Shown: one piece after another, positions 1-9,527 of the stretch
Numbering within the stretch: the first letter of the stretch is position 1
Layout of the letters: every line of letters starts with the position of its first letter
NCBI GenBank assembly: GCA_002269645.1
Contig: NIVC01002967.1
Coordinates: 1 to 64,000, forward strand
Length of the DNA: 64,000 bases
Direction: 5' to 3'
From: Macrostomum lignano
Taxonomy: Eukaryota
Translations under genes and position numbers: made by a program
Notes under the pieces: generated by a model
What the model was told of the DNA's origin: nothing
Databases searched by the model: none
What the model saw: only the letters and a program-made list of their open reading frames with translations

Positions 1-1272
1 ATATACCTCCAAATATGACGTTGTACACGGTACTAGTTGCAGCATTGAAGCGTAACTCTAGTTTTACATTTCCTTCCTTATACAGTTGCACTCCCCGTCC
101 GACACCAGGTTCACTTCCAAGACTGAATGCAAAAATTGAGTAACCATTGGCGTAATCCAGCATATTAAATCCAATATCTCGTCCCTGTAGATAGATTCCA
201 AGCTGTTGTAGCAAAAAATTATACTCTGTCACACAATCATCTCCAAAGTTTGTCTGCAGCGGACGCGATGGTACCGAGTCTCCATTCACAAACACACCAA
301 TGCTGCTCACATTTGCATGCTCAAAGTTGAACGGATTTGTGTCCATGCTTCCATTGAATGCCTTGTTGCTTACGATTGCCATCAATAAAAGCCGTGGTAC
401 CCCACTAGGAAACAAATTTTCATGCGTATGGCTAGACGATCCTCGGGGTATAGTAAACGTACCAAGGCTTAGACTTCGGTGCGGATATAATGCATTGTGA
501 CTTTTAAGTCCATGAGCATGTGCACTGATAACACTCGGCGAGGGTTGAACAAACCGCAATCGTAGTTCTGCACGCAAAAACTTGATCTCATAGTCTTTTA
601 AAACCGCACCAGCTTCTAATGTTGACCGCTCAGGACAAATTTACTTTTTGCCGGTATGAGCTTGATCCGTAGTGGTGTCTTTGATAGTAGATACCGAGGC
701 TGACGAAACAAATCCAAGAATAACGGCCCCGATACAGTGCACCGCCTATTGTTAGCAATGAGCGCCTGCCTCTTTGTTCGTCCATCGTTTTCACTTGTTG
801 CATTCATTTTACCAGCTGTATCCTTGTAAAACCCCCACGGCAGTAAACCAGCCTTCTGAGCTGTATGTCCATATTCCAGTAATGTAAGAAGCATAGCCTT
901 GTATGGATACATAAAACTACCACCTTCAACTACAGTATCGCCAATAGTAAATTGAACGTCCTCAAACAATGTTCCAATAACCAAATTATTCAAACAAACA
1001 AAATTTTTCGTTGCATCTATAGGTTCACCTTCACTATCACTAACGCTGAAGCATACCGTGAGCACAGTTTCTTGTAGATCCAAATACAAATCGCCTGCAG
1101 GCACAACTTCAAATTCGATAGGTGATCCTTTTGTAATACCATGTTGCGGTTGAATGTTAGTATATCGATTATCCAAAACACTAAACTGAACAGGACTTTG
1201 ATCAAATAGCGACAATTCACTTTTAAGAGCAGCAATATCAGGTCCAAGCAAATGGTTCATGCTACTTTTCAA
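1..1272 (-). pseudogene. Polinton double-jelly-roll major capsid protein, frameshifted at ~620-640; C-terminus runs off the window
   Basis: KSELSLF...SPIEF...YPYKA..FYKDTAGKM in ORF 616-1272. After the TAG at 616-618 a shifted frame continues open to base 1 (SPSVISAHA...FNGSMDTNPFNFEH...RPLQTNF...GYSIFAFSL...LELRF), matching the C-terminal half of Maverick MCP. Confidence 0.9.
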
Positions 1273-1720
1273 ACAGACTAAAAAGTTTCTTGCTTGCAGT
1301 AGCAGTTCGACGTTTTCCTATACCACCGGTCTTCTTGCGTTTTCTTTTGTTCACGCGTCCCTTTCCACACTGTCTTGTTCGTCGTTTCTTTTGCCGTTTC
1401 TTCTTTCCTAAGCTTATAGCCACTCCACTGGTTCTTTTCCTTCGCTTTGGTCTCGAAACTGCAGTTGTATTAAACATCTCTTCGCTCGATTCTGTGTCCA
1501 AGTGACGCTTCCGACCCATACCAATTTTTGCTGTCGCACTTTTCAAATACTCCAGACCACGATCCAAGAAATCTTTCTTTGCGTTGCGTAGTACAGGATA
1601 CACCAATCTGTCCGCCAAATTTGACAAAAAACCGTAACCTTCGTAAACAGGAATGCCATATCCACCTCCACCTTCAGCAGATCTATTCGGACCAGAATAA
1701 AAAGCAAAAATAGGATCCAT
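1262..1720 (-). CDS. Basic core/membrane-active virion protein (pVII/pX-like)
   Basis: ATG at 1720 (MDPIF). GGGGYGIPVYEGYG-FLSNL amphipathic segment with an adenain-type cleavage motif, then a very K/R-rich tail. Located between integrase and MCP. Confidence 0.65.
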   Translation of the reverse strand: MDPIFAFYSGPNRSAEGGGGYGIPVYEGYGFLSNLADRLVYPVLRNAKKDFLDRGLEYLKSATAKIGMGRKRHLDTESSEEMFNTTAVSRPKRRKRTSGVAISLGKKKRQKKRRTRQCGKGRVNKRKRKKTGGIGKRRTATASKKLFSLFEK

Positions 1721-1761
1721 TTCAACAGTCTTCTCTTCGTCATGCAATCCCAATTCATGTG

Positions 1762-2922
1762 TTACTTATACACTTTAGAAAATAGTTTAGCAGTCTTTGC
1801 GTCAAGATCATTTTCGTTTAACCACTGACTTCTTGAGATTGGCATACCTTTCCATTTTACTAGATACAGACGACTTCCATTTTTCGCTCGATCAGTTTCA
1901 ATAACTTTTTCAATTTCATTAGGTGTTTCATCTGTCTCGTTTACCAACATTAGTTCCGCTTGGTTAAACCTTCCTTTCAGCACTTCAAATCCATCTTCAG
2001 GGTCCACTAATTCGTACATTGGCGGGTCTGTCAAGTGTACACGATGAATGCGATATTTTGAATTACTCCAAGTCGTAGTGTATCCTTTTTCAAATGTTCC
2101 TCGACGTCGTGTAATTCTAACCCAATCACCAACTTTAAATTTATTCTCATTCTTTTTAGTGTACGACTTCGCAAACATTTTGTCCCACAAAATTCCTTGT
2201 AAATGCGGGTCTGTCTCTACCCGTTTTGGTGTTTCTCCACTCAAGGATCGATGAGGACTAGAGTTGAAATTATCTTCCAATTGCGGTAAAATGTCAAACC
2301 ATCGAGGTAAATTTTTTGCTCGAAAGTATCGTAATAGACGTTCCTTTAACGAGCGGATAAATCGTTCAGCCATGCTTGCCTTGTAATTGCTTTGGCTAAC
2401 AAAAAATCGAACTCCTTCCTGTTTCAGCATTTGACGTGTAGCTCTTCCGAGAAACTCCATACCAGCATCACCTTGTAAATAAACAGGCTTAAAACCACTT
2501 CGAAAAATCTCTAGTAATACTTGACTAACTTCTGAAGGCTTCTTTGTACGCAATGGTCTTAGTCGTACAACTCTAGTAAAACAGTCGATAAGAACAAGTA
2601 TGTAACGATAACCTCGATTTTCCGTCTTGTATTGAGGTAAATCTGCCAAATCGATTTGAAACTGAAACTTTGCAACTGGTGGCACACTAATTTTTGGAGT
2701 TGGAAAGTTTCGTCGTGTTTTTCGAAATAAATGATGCTCATTTGTTGATCGCACCCAATTATCAACTTCGCGCTTTGCAACTTTGTTCGTAATCTGTGGA
2801 AACTTTTTACGTACTTCACGAACAAGTATAGTCTTGTTACCACTAAATGAAGTAGGCCTGTTCAAGTTAAAAAAAGCATCCGTCAAAAATTCTTCAATTT
2901 CCTTACGCACTCGCTTCATCAT
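1762..2922 (-). CDS. Polinton retroviral-like (rve) integrase with C-terminal chromodomain
   Basis: FQIDLADL, LIDCFTR, LQGDAGMEF, AERFIRSLK catalytic core; C-terminal IEKVI...YLVKWKGMPISRSQW chromodomain. Confidence 0.95.
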   Translation of the reverse strand: MMKRVRKEIEEFLTDAFFNLNRPTSFSGNKTILVREVRKKFPQITNKVAKREVDNWVRSTNEHHLFRKTRRNFPTPKISVPPVAKFQFQIDLADLPQYKTENRGYRYILVLIDCFTRVVRLRPLRTKKPSEVSQVLLEIFRSGFKPVYLQGDAGMEFLGRATRQMLKQEGVRFFVSQSNYKASMAERFIRSLKERLLRYFRAKNLPRWFDILPQLEDNFNSSPHRSLSGETPKRVETDPHLQGILWDKMFAKSYTKKNENKFKVGDWVRITRRRGTFEKGYTTTWSNSKYRIHRVHLTDPPMYELVDPEDGFEVLKGRFNQAELMLVNETDETPNEIEKVIETDRAKNGSRLYLVKWKGMPISRSQWLNENDLDAKTAKLFSKVYK

Positions 2923-3091
2923 CAGTTAGATTGATGCTAGTCGTTTGACAGTTGCAACAAAAGAACGAAGCCTCGATCGAATCTCCGTCAGTATCCTCGT
3001 TGTGCTCCTTTCCCAGAAACGGCACACATTCAGATTTTATGCAAAAAAACTCACAGAGACGAATCAAAAGTTTTTGGAAGATAGATGACAT
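2903..3091 (-). CDS. Small Cys-rich hypothetical protein (62 aa)
   Basis: True ATG at 3091, stop overlaps the integrase start, TATAAG motif 59 nt upstream. Confidence 0.4.
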   Translation of the reverse strand: MSSIFQKLLIRLCEFFCIKSECVPFLGKEHNEDTDGDSIEASFFCCNCQTTSINLTDDEASA

Positions 3092-3203
3092 GGTTTGTCT
3101 TATTAAACTATATATTTTTCATAAACAAAAAATTAACCTTTTTAAAAAGCTTATAGTGCTCGAATCAATTTTGTTAAAACGTAATCTGTAATTTTAAAAC
3201 AAC

Positions 3204-3893
3204 TTAATTCAGTGTTTGATAATTTTCAAACAGACTAAGATCCTCCTTTGCAACAGTTTTTGGAGCAGACATTAGCTCGTTTCGTACATGACGCCCGATT
3301 TGGTTTGCTGCGATTCCACGTTTTCGAAGAAAGTCTAAAAATGTTTTTAGTCCACTAGGCGGTTGAGTCTCGTGTCGCTTAAGCGGTCTGTCTCGAACAA
3401 CATATTCCATGAGATCTTGTATCTCGGCATCAGTCAAATTAGCCAGCATTGGTTCTGCATTCTTGTCCATGTCCGAAAATAGGTTTTGAGCGAGAGCTTC
3501 GAAACGTGGTAAAAAAACTTTAGGAATTTCCCTTGATTCGCTGGCATATGAACTTCTTACAGTAGTCCCTTTGCGAACAAGTGACAGATTGTCCTCGTCT
3601 CCAGTGCGATAGACTTTGCGCAATTTTAAAAGTTTGTCTTCCAATCTGCTTCGTTTCAATTGAGCTGTGTAATTTGGCTCCTTTTCCATTTCCTTGTCCA
3701 AGTTATCCATTTGGTCTCTCATTTCCACCATATTTTTTGCCAGAGCATCTTGCGGTGCGTCTAAAACTTCAGTTTTTCGAGGTGTCTCAGCAGTTGGTGA
3801 CGATCCTTGCTCTGCACCTTGACATGCAGATTGATACACAGATTCAGGTACTAGATACATTCGTTGAAAACTACTACTCTCGTTAGTTCGCAT
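3204..3893 (-). CDS. Polinton hypothetical protein (RMYLVPE N-terminal motif, coiled-coil)
   Basis: 229-aa ORF inside the virion module; the N-terminal M-x-LVP motif is typical of a conserved Maverick ORF. Confidence 0.6.
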   Translation of the reverse strand: MRTNESSSFQRMYLVPESVYQSACQGAEQGSSPTAETPRKTEVLDAPQDALAKNMVEMRDQMDNLDKEMEKEPNYTAQLKRSRLEDKLLKLRKVYRTGDEDNLSLVRKGTTVRSSYASESREIPKVFLPRFEALAQNLFSDMDKNAEPMLANLTDAEIQDLMEYVVRDRPLKRHETQPPSGLKTFLDFLRKRGIAANQIGRHVRNELMSAPKTVAKEDLSLFENYQTLN

Positions 3894-3968
3894 TATATTC
3901 CTACTACTTTCGTTGAATTGATCGTATTAAATTCGCTGCTCCCGCGGCGGTACCAACTACTCCAGACG

Positions 3969-4331
3969 TTATCCAAGCGCAGTGCTTATAGCAGGTAGAG
4001 CGGCAATAATTGGAGCCAAAAAAGGTAAAAATCCTCCGTGTTGGACAAGTATTTTCCTTTTTGCAGTAATTGGAGTCTTCTGTTCCAAAAGCTGGCGTAT
4101 ATATCTGCGATGCTTCTCAAGTCGTCTTTTGTTACAGTTACTAATTTTAATACGTCCACTAATAATATTAAACAGAAAGTCTACTAGACATCGTATCTCC
4201 GACTCTGAAAGTGTTTGTAAAAAACTTTTTCTCTGCTTTGGATGCTTTAGCCGATAAACAATTTGTAGTAAAAAAGCACACTGACACAATGAGCGAGCAT
4301 TTTGTTTTCCTTTTTCTGTTAGTTCGCTCAT
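3969..4331 (-). CDS. Conserved Polinton small basic protein with C-terminal QHGG-FLPFLAP
   Basis: Pattern CLVDFLFNIISGRIKI...KRKILVQHGGFLPFLAPII is characteristic of Maverick core-like proteins with an adenain cleavage site. Confidence 0.75.
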   Translation of the reverse strand: MSELTEKGKQNARSLCQCAFLLQIVYRLKHPKQRKSFLQTLSESEIRCLVDFLFNIISGRIKISNCNKRRLEKHRRYIRQLLEQKTPITAKRKILVQHGGFLPFLAPIIAALPAISTALG

Positions 4332-4387
4332 TCTTACAAAACAAATTCACAAAATTTTCTATTACACAATTAATCTTTGCTTATAAA

Positions 4388-5377
4388 TTAGTCCGACCTA
4401 TGTTTAAAATGCAGTACGACAACAACGTGTGCTCCCGGATCAAAATTAAACGGTTTTCCGCGCTGGTCCGATAGTCGAATCGAAATCTCGTGAATTTGTT
4501 GTCGATTTGTTTTCAAGTAGTAGGGTGTTTGCAATGCACTGCTATCGCGTATAAGTTCTCCGTTTTTCTTTTGTTGGAGTTCCACAACTCGAAGCAACGG
4601 TACTGATGTACTTCCCACTGCTTGATACTCGATTATATCTGTGTAACAGTACATGTAAACCGTTTTACTAGGCATCGGAGAAGGTAGCACAGCATCCAAG
4701 TAGGTTTTGTTAATGCGCCAAACACGATTTCTCAACCAATATTGGTGTACTTTGATGTACACTTCTCCTTCCGTTTTTCGAAGATAGTCTCCATGCGAAA
4801 CAAGTCGTATAGCTTCACCAGGCGATAGAACACAATAAAAAACATAATAGTTCTCAGGTACTAGCGCTAGAGTATTGTCGAGACTTTTTATCAAATCCAA
4901 GTATGAACCATCCGGTGGTTGTACACTACCAGCGGCAGGTTTTGATAATTTTTCCGAGACAAGTCCAGAAAGTTTCTTCCAAGAGTCAAATTTGAAAGCG
5001 TCCATAAATGTAACTGGTAGTTCTAATCCAATAGTTTTTTCGCCTGAATTTCGTAAAAGCCAGGCAAATTTTTCATCTGTACCAGACGGTTGCCAGGAAA
5101 CGTAAGCATCCAAGTCTGCCTCTGCCCAAACACGACCCCAATAGTTTTTCTTTAATCGTATTATTGAGTCAATGTCCGCAAAATATGGAACTTCAAATCG
5201 ACGCTCACGATGAGCATTTGGCGTCGTAATTGCTCCATGGCACAGTAATTCAACTAGTGCAACCTCGAAGAATCCGTTCAATAAATTTATTGGTTCAGTT
5301 AGTCGCACTCGAAATTCATTAGGCGAGTTGGTTTCGTAACTGATATCGTTTGACGGCAAAAAAACGTAAAAACTCAT
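4388..5377 (-). CDS. Minor capsid protein (penton)
   Basis: SFYVFLPSN...FRVRLTEPINL..FEVALVEL at the N-terminus; YCYTDIIEYQAVGSTSVPLLRVV...ISIRLSDQRG...VVLHF at the C-terminus. Confidence 0.9.
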   Translation of the reverse strand: MSFYVFLPSNDISYETNSPNEFRVRLTEPINLLNGFFEVALVELLCHGAITTPNAHRERRFEVPYFADIDSIIRLKKNYWGRVWAEADLDAYVSWQPSGTDEKFAWLLRNSGEKTIGLELPVTFMDAFKFDSWKKLSGLVSEKLSKPAAGSVQPPDGSYLDLIKSLDNTLALVPENYYVFYCVLSPGEAIRLVSHGDYLRKTEGEVYIKVHQYWLRNRVWRINKTYLDAVLPSPMPSKTVYMYCYTDIIEYQAVGSTSVPLLRVVELQQKKNGELIRDSSALQTPYYLKTNRQQIHEISIRLSDQRGKPFNFDPGAHVVVVLHFKHRSD

Positions 5378-5434
5378 TTTGAAATAAAACACAAACTAAT
5401 ATTGACAACAGTTTATAATTTGCTTATAATAATA

Positions 5435-6130
5435 TTACACAAACTTTGCATCACATTCACGAGTATAGACAACTTGTTCATCACCAGAAAATATTCCTGT
5501 TCTCAATCGTAAAAAATCTGGTGTCACTTGCCGCAGGTCAATGAATAAATATGAAAAAGGTTTGTTATTTGTTGCGTCTTCATACACATTCACTAGAAAC
5601 CTACTATTACGCGGATACATTTGTCGACCGAGATGTTCAACTGTGGTTCGATCGCGCACACTACGAGTTAGACAAATATAACTAGCTGATAAACTTCGCA
5701 TGCGTGCTTCTGGATCAGACTTGTTAAAAAGACCTTGACAAAGGTACAGACAAGTCAAAGGGATATGATGCGCATGCTTTGTAAACATACTAGTAAATTC
5801 TGGCAACTTAGCAATCTCGCTTTGCAAGTCGTCAACAACAACCAAATCGTGTGGTAAAAAACGATTAATCATCTGTGGTGTGAATTCGGGTACAAAAACA
5901 ATAGGGTCAAGACCGCTTTTTTGCCAGCATGTTCTAATTCGTTGTTGATCGTCTGGTTTCAAACTTGATCCATGGCACCAAACAAGACGGCACGGTTTTT
6001 TATCAAATAATTCTTTTCGTTCAGTCAACAAACGCAACGTCCATTCAGTTTTACCCGAGTTTGAAGGTCCAGCAATAATAAATGTAGAATCGTGAGCTAG
6101 TTGCATATTGTATGGCTGCTGCATTTTCAA
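5435..6130 (-). CDS. A32/FtsK-like DNA packaging ATPase
   Basis: Walker A IAGPSNSGKT, Walker B LVVVDD, HH motif and YLFIDL. Confidence 0.93.
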   Translation of the reverse strand: MKMQQPYNMQLAHDSTFIIAGPSNSGKTEWTLRLLTERKELFDKKPCRLVWCHGSSLKPDDQQRIRTCWQKSGLDPIVFVPEFTPQMINRFLPHDLVVVDDLQSEIAKLPEFTSMFTKHAHHIPLTCLYLCQGLFNKSDPEARMRSLSASYICLTRSVRDRTTVEHLGRQMYPRNSRFLVNVYEDATNNKPFSYLFIDLRQVTPDFLRLRTGIFSGDEQVVYTRECDAKFV

Positions 6131-6570
6131 GCACCAAAGCGTTGCTTAACTTGCATAACCTTGGTAACCAACTTCGCAGCTAGTTTTTCTTTCCAACCAG
6201 TAGACGGATCGTGGGCAATCTCTCGTGCACCAGATTCTAATAGCTTATCAGCTTTTAACCTCTCTTGCACGTCAGAATTTTTATCATAGGCCACGTCGTG
6301 AAGCATGCACAAATTGTCAAGCCGATTAATTCCTCGTTGTCCTTTTGCTAGCCTAGCTTGCAGTTGCGTACCTGGACCACAAAACTGATATCCGCCGGGT
6401 AAATGTGCTTCAAATGGTAAATGATTAATTAACCAATTTACGACACCATAACCTTGTTGCTTTTTATTAATCTTTCTAATAGATTTCTTCTTTTTACGAA
6501 TGCTCTTCTTTTTCTTTTTAAAACCTCGATCTTTCGCTGGAGACATTTTTACAACATATATTTTAGGCAT
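6127..6570 (-). CDS. Parvovirus VP1u-like phospholipase A2 (PLA2X)
   Basis: HLPGGYQFCGPG calcium loop and LDNLCMLHDVAY catalytic HD; basic N-terminus. Confidence 0.92.
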   Translation of the reverse strand: MPKIYVVKMSPAKDRGFKKKKKSIRKKKKSIRKINKKQQGYGVVNWLINHLPFEAHLPGGYQFCGPGTQLQARLAKGQRGINRLDNLCMLHDVAYDKNSDVQERLKADKLLESGAREIAHDPSTGWKEKLAAKLVTKVMQVKQRFGA

Positions 6571-6661
6571 AAATTTTTAAAATTGCTTATAGTATTTACA
6601 AAGCTCTCGCATAGTGCACCAATCACCAAAGAAAAAAATCAGTTTATTATTATTATTATAC

Positions 6662-7144
6662 TTATTGGCCAGTGCTGCCAAAGCCGCCAAAGCCGCGCCG
6701 CTTGGTCGGCGGCTCAATCATCCGAATCGAATTGTCTGCTTCAGTCACATAGACTGAAGCAAGCACGGCCTGCTCCAGAACCAGTTGTGCAATACTGAGC
6801 CCGGCATAGTACTCAAAGTCTTCCGGACTGTAATTAAACAAGACTATACAGATTTCACCAGTATAGTCGGGGTCGATTACGCCACCGCCAACAAATAAGC
6901 TGTGCAGAGCCATGCTGGAACGTCCCGCTATCCTGCCATAGGTACCAGGCGGTAAGCGAATTTTGAGTCCGGTTCGCACACTCCGGGACTCGTAGGCCGG
7001 AATGGTACCATCGACGCCAGCGCAAAGATCATACCCGATCGACCCGACAGTTTTTCGGGTCGGAATCGTTGCCGAATCGTATAGACGTTCAACTAAAAGC
7101 TTACGATCAGTTAGTTGTTGTTGCTGCTGCTGCTCGGGATTCAT
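6662..7144 (-). CDS. dut: Trimeric dUTPase
   Basis: All five motifs present: GSIGYDL, GRSS, GVIDPDYTGE, IAQLV, RGFGGFGSTG. Likely ATG at 7144 followed by poly-Q. Confidence 0.95.
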   Translation of the reverse strand: MNPEQQQQQQLTDRKLLVERLYDSATIPTRKTVGSIGYDLCAGVDGTIPAYESRSVRTGLKIRLPPGTYGRIAGRSSMALHSLFVGGGVIDPDYTGEICIVLFNYSPEDFEYYAGLSIAQLVLEQAVLASVYVTEADNSIRMIEPPTKRRGFGGFGSTGQ

Positions 7145-7436
7145 GTCGATTCTTGTAGCTGAAAGTTTAAAAAAAAGTTTTTTTTCTTGAAACATGAACG
7201 ATAGCACTACATTTACGTCTACTACAAACACAAGCTTAGTCTTGAGAATCTAACTATAAAAAATATACTTTTTCAAATAATTAAACACAAAAAAGTGCTA
7301 AAATTATAATTTAAACGAATGCCGGTATCATTTATTTATTGTAAATAATGATCAATGAAAAAATTAATGATGGGTTACAGTCTTCTATAGCATGCTATTA
7401 CTTTGTACAACAAAAGAGATCAGAGCATATTGTTAA

Positions 7437-7767
7437 TTAATTAGCCAAGTGCCAGTGTCCAAAGGGTAGCGAATTAATTGAACTTGTCCAGGATCGCTTC
7501 GTATCGAAGAAGCTTAGTGCAAGTTTTCTTTGTTGCATCAAAAAAAACTTTCTGTTTTCGAGAACGAATGGACTGTATGCGCGAAAACACAAGTTGTCGC
7601 TTGTGTAAGACTCTTAAATAGTCTTGATGCTTTAAACTGCTCTGTGCGGCTTTAGAAGCAGTACTGCTCCAGCTTTGCGACCGATTGAGACTGGAACTTT
7701 AAACGATTGCTGCTTAACCAGACCGGACCGGACTGGACCGGACCGGACTGGACCGGACTCCCCGCGC

Positions 7768-7799
<32 letters not shown>

Positions 7800-8545
7800 A
7801 CCACCACCACCGCCGCCACCACCACCACCACCACCGCCACCACCACCACCACTGCCGCCGCCCGCCCCACACCACCGTGGGACGTATTTGTTGACAGTGT
7901 GCTTGCATGGCTTTTGCGATAAACGCAGAGCATCAAGTCTAGCTGCTCGATTGCTCTATATTGCCAATTACTACCTCGAGATTGAAAATTGTCAATTTTT
8001 ATTAACAACTGATTAATAACGCGTGCGAACCAGTCATTGTAGGCCTCGGGAGATAACAGCATGTCACTGTTTGCAATCGTCTCATCAAATGATATTGTCG
8101 CAATGTTGGTATTAAAATAGACCGAAATGATCTCTTCGCTGCTCGAGCCATCGTTGTCGTCTGCTGCTGTTTTCGGTCGAAATAGTGTCACTTTCAAGTG
8201 AAAGCAGACTCTTATTAATAAACTGGGTGAGCCAATTTTTTCCAATATTTTAAATATTGGTTCTCTTAAAGACGCAATCAACTCGCCAGGAAGTAACTCG
8301 CCAGAGCTGTTGCCTTGTTGTTCAAGAGTGGGAGTAAATTCGACAAAATTTACCCGACCACGATGAGCTGACTCGCGCAAAGCGATGGACCACCCATCTG
8401 GTGGGTTTTCGATCAGGTTTTGCAGCGATCCGGTCAGTAATCGTTGCGGTGAAAAACAAGCACCATGCGAGTGAGCATGCAGCTCGGCTTGATTACTGAA
8501 CTTTTTTCTGCAGATTTGGCATTGTGCACGCGGCATTGTGTGCAC
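7437..8545 (-). pseudogene. Protein-primed PolB remnant: N-terminus (8545-~7900) and extreme C-terminus (~7700-7437), catalytic centre missing
   Basis: N-part: C2H2-like CQIC..H..H and KIDNFQSRGSNWQYRAIEQLDL (Maverick PolB N-terminal motif). C-part, translated by hand with one shift at the A-run near 7535: SLKHQDYLRVL...QSIRSRKQKV...RKLALSFFDTKR...SLPFGHWHL*. Confidence 0.8.
7721..7878. repeat. Compound microsatellite (GGACC/GGACT)n-(GCC)n-(ACC)n
   Basis: Directly visible; sits at the PolB deletion junction. Confidence 0.95.
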
Positions 8546-8759
8546 CTAGCTCGACAACGAGCGTATCGAGCATAATATTAATAGATGATCCGGTTTGTCA
8601 TTTGCGGCTGTAAGAAAAATGATGATTTGGTTAGTTATAGGTATAGCTGACACGTTTACTATTAGAGAAAACAATTGGTAAATAAATAAAAAAAGACAAA
8701 ATGTTTGTAAAAGAATGCATCGCAACTGCGATTTGACAGCAATTGTTTACTTGTTAAGT

Positions 8760-9317
8760 TTAGTTATTAACAGAGATTAAAAAATCCTTGACATGGTTAA
8801 GAATATTATTCAATTCATGAGTGTTTTGAACGCCCATAATAACAAACTTTTTCGAAAAAAATATGTTACAAAAAAGCCTTGGTTTTGATGCTGATCTAAC
8901 AGAAACTGCTTGTGGGAAATTTTCTGCATCGTATCCAACCAGATAATTCGAATAGTAGCCTGCATATCTTTTTAGACTAGAGAAACCGAATTTTGGCCAA
9001 AGATGACCAATAAAGCCGACATAGGTACTGCTCTGAATTTTTACTGAATCAAAATCTACACAATTAATAGTGTCGTTGATAAATCGTAAAACTGAGACTA
9101 TCTGAGAATTTGATTTACAGCCATATATAGTTAGTTTTCCTGCTGGATAAAGTTGGATTTTAGCATTTGAATAAATTGTCTTTAGCATTGTTGGTCGGCT
9201 TAGGAATAGTTTGCAAAACCGGTTTCTGGTCTGTAGCTTCTGTTTGGTCTGCTTTAAATCAAATTTTTCAAACGGGTGCAGCTTCAGACTCGCAGTAACT
9301 ATTAATAGGACAAGTCG
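8760..9317 (-). CDS. TATA-binding-protein-like protein (two TBP repeats), divergent
   Basis: Repeat 1: LIVTASLKL..FDLK...AKIQLYPAGKLTIYGCKS. Repeat 2: VKIQSSTYVG...YDAENFPQAVSVRSASKPRLFCNIFFSKKFVIMGVQN (cf. YEPELFPGLIYRM.KP.IVLLIFVSGKVVLTGAK). Frame is open to 9317, preceded by a polypyrimidine...TTTTAG acceptor. Confidence 0.75.
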   Translation of the reverse strand, partial: RLVLLIVTASLKLHPFEKFDLKQTKQKLQTRNRFCKLFLSRPTMLKTIYSNAKIQLYPAGKLTIYGCKSNSQIVSVLRFINDTINCVDFDSVKIQSSTYVGFIGHLWPKFGFSSLKRYAGYYSNYLVGYDAENFPQAVSVRSASKPRLFCNIFFSKKFVIMGVQNTHELNNILNHVKDFLISVNN

Positions 9318-9527
9318 CTAAAACGGAAAATAAATAATAAGAAAAGTTAAACATGACTATACTATCGTAAATTCTAATATTAAATTACAAAACCTGGTTA
9401 GCGTACAAGGAGTAGCAAAAAATGTTTTGAGCTTTTCCCTAAAAAATAATATTTCCCTAGCCAAAAATTTGATAAATATAGTGGAATAAGTTAGTTAAAA
9501 CTTGGATAAAATTAGTCAAAAATTTTG

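Noticed and set aside
7675-8016. Poly-Pro, poly-Ala/Thr and poly-Trp/Arg ORFs
   Set aside because: Translations of the GCC/ACC microsatellite in alternative frames.
9379-9402. Plus-strand IKLQNLVS resembling the TBP N-terminal LQNIVS
   Set aside because: Opposite strand to the TBP-like ORF, no ATG, only 8 residues in AT-rich DNA; probably chance.
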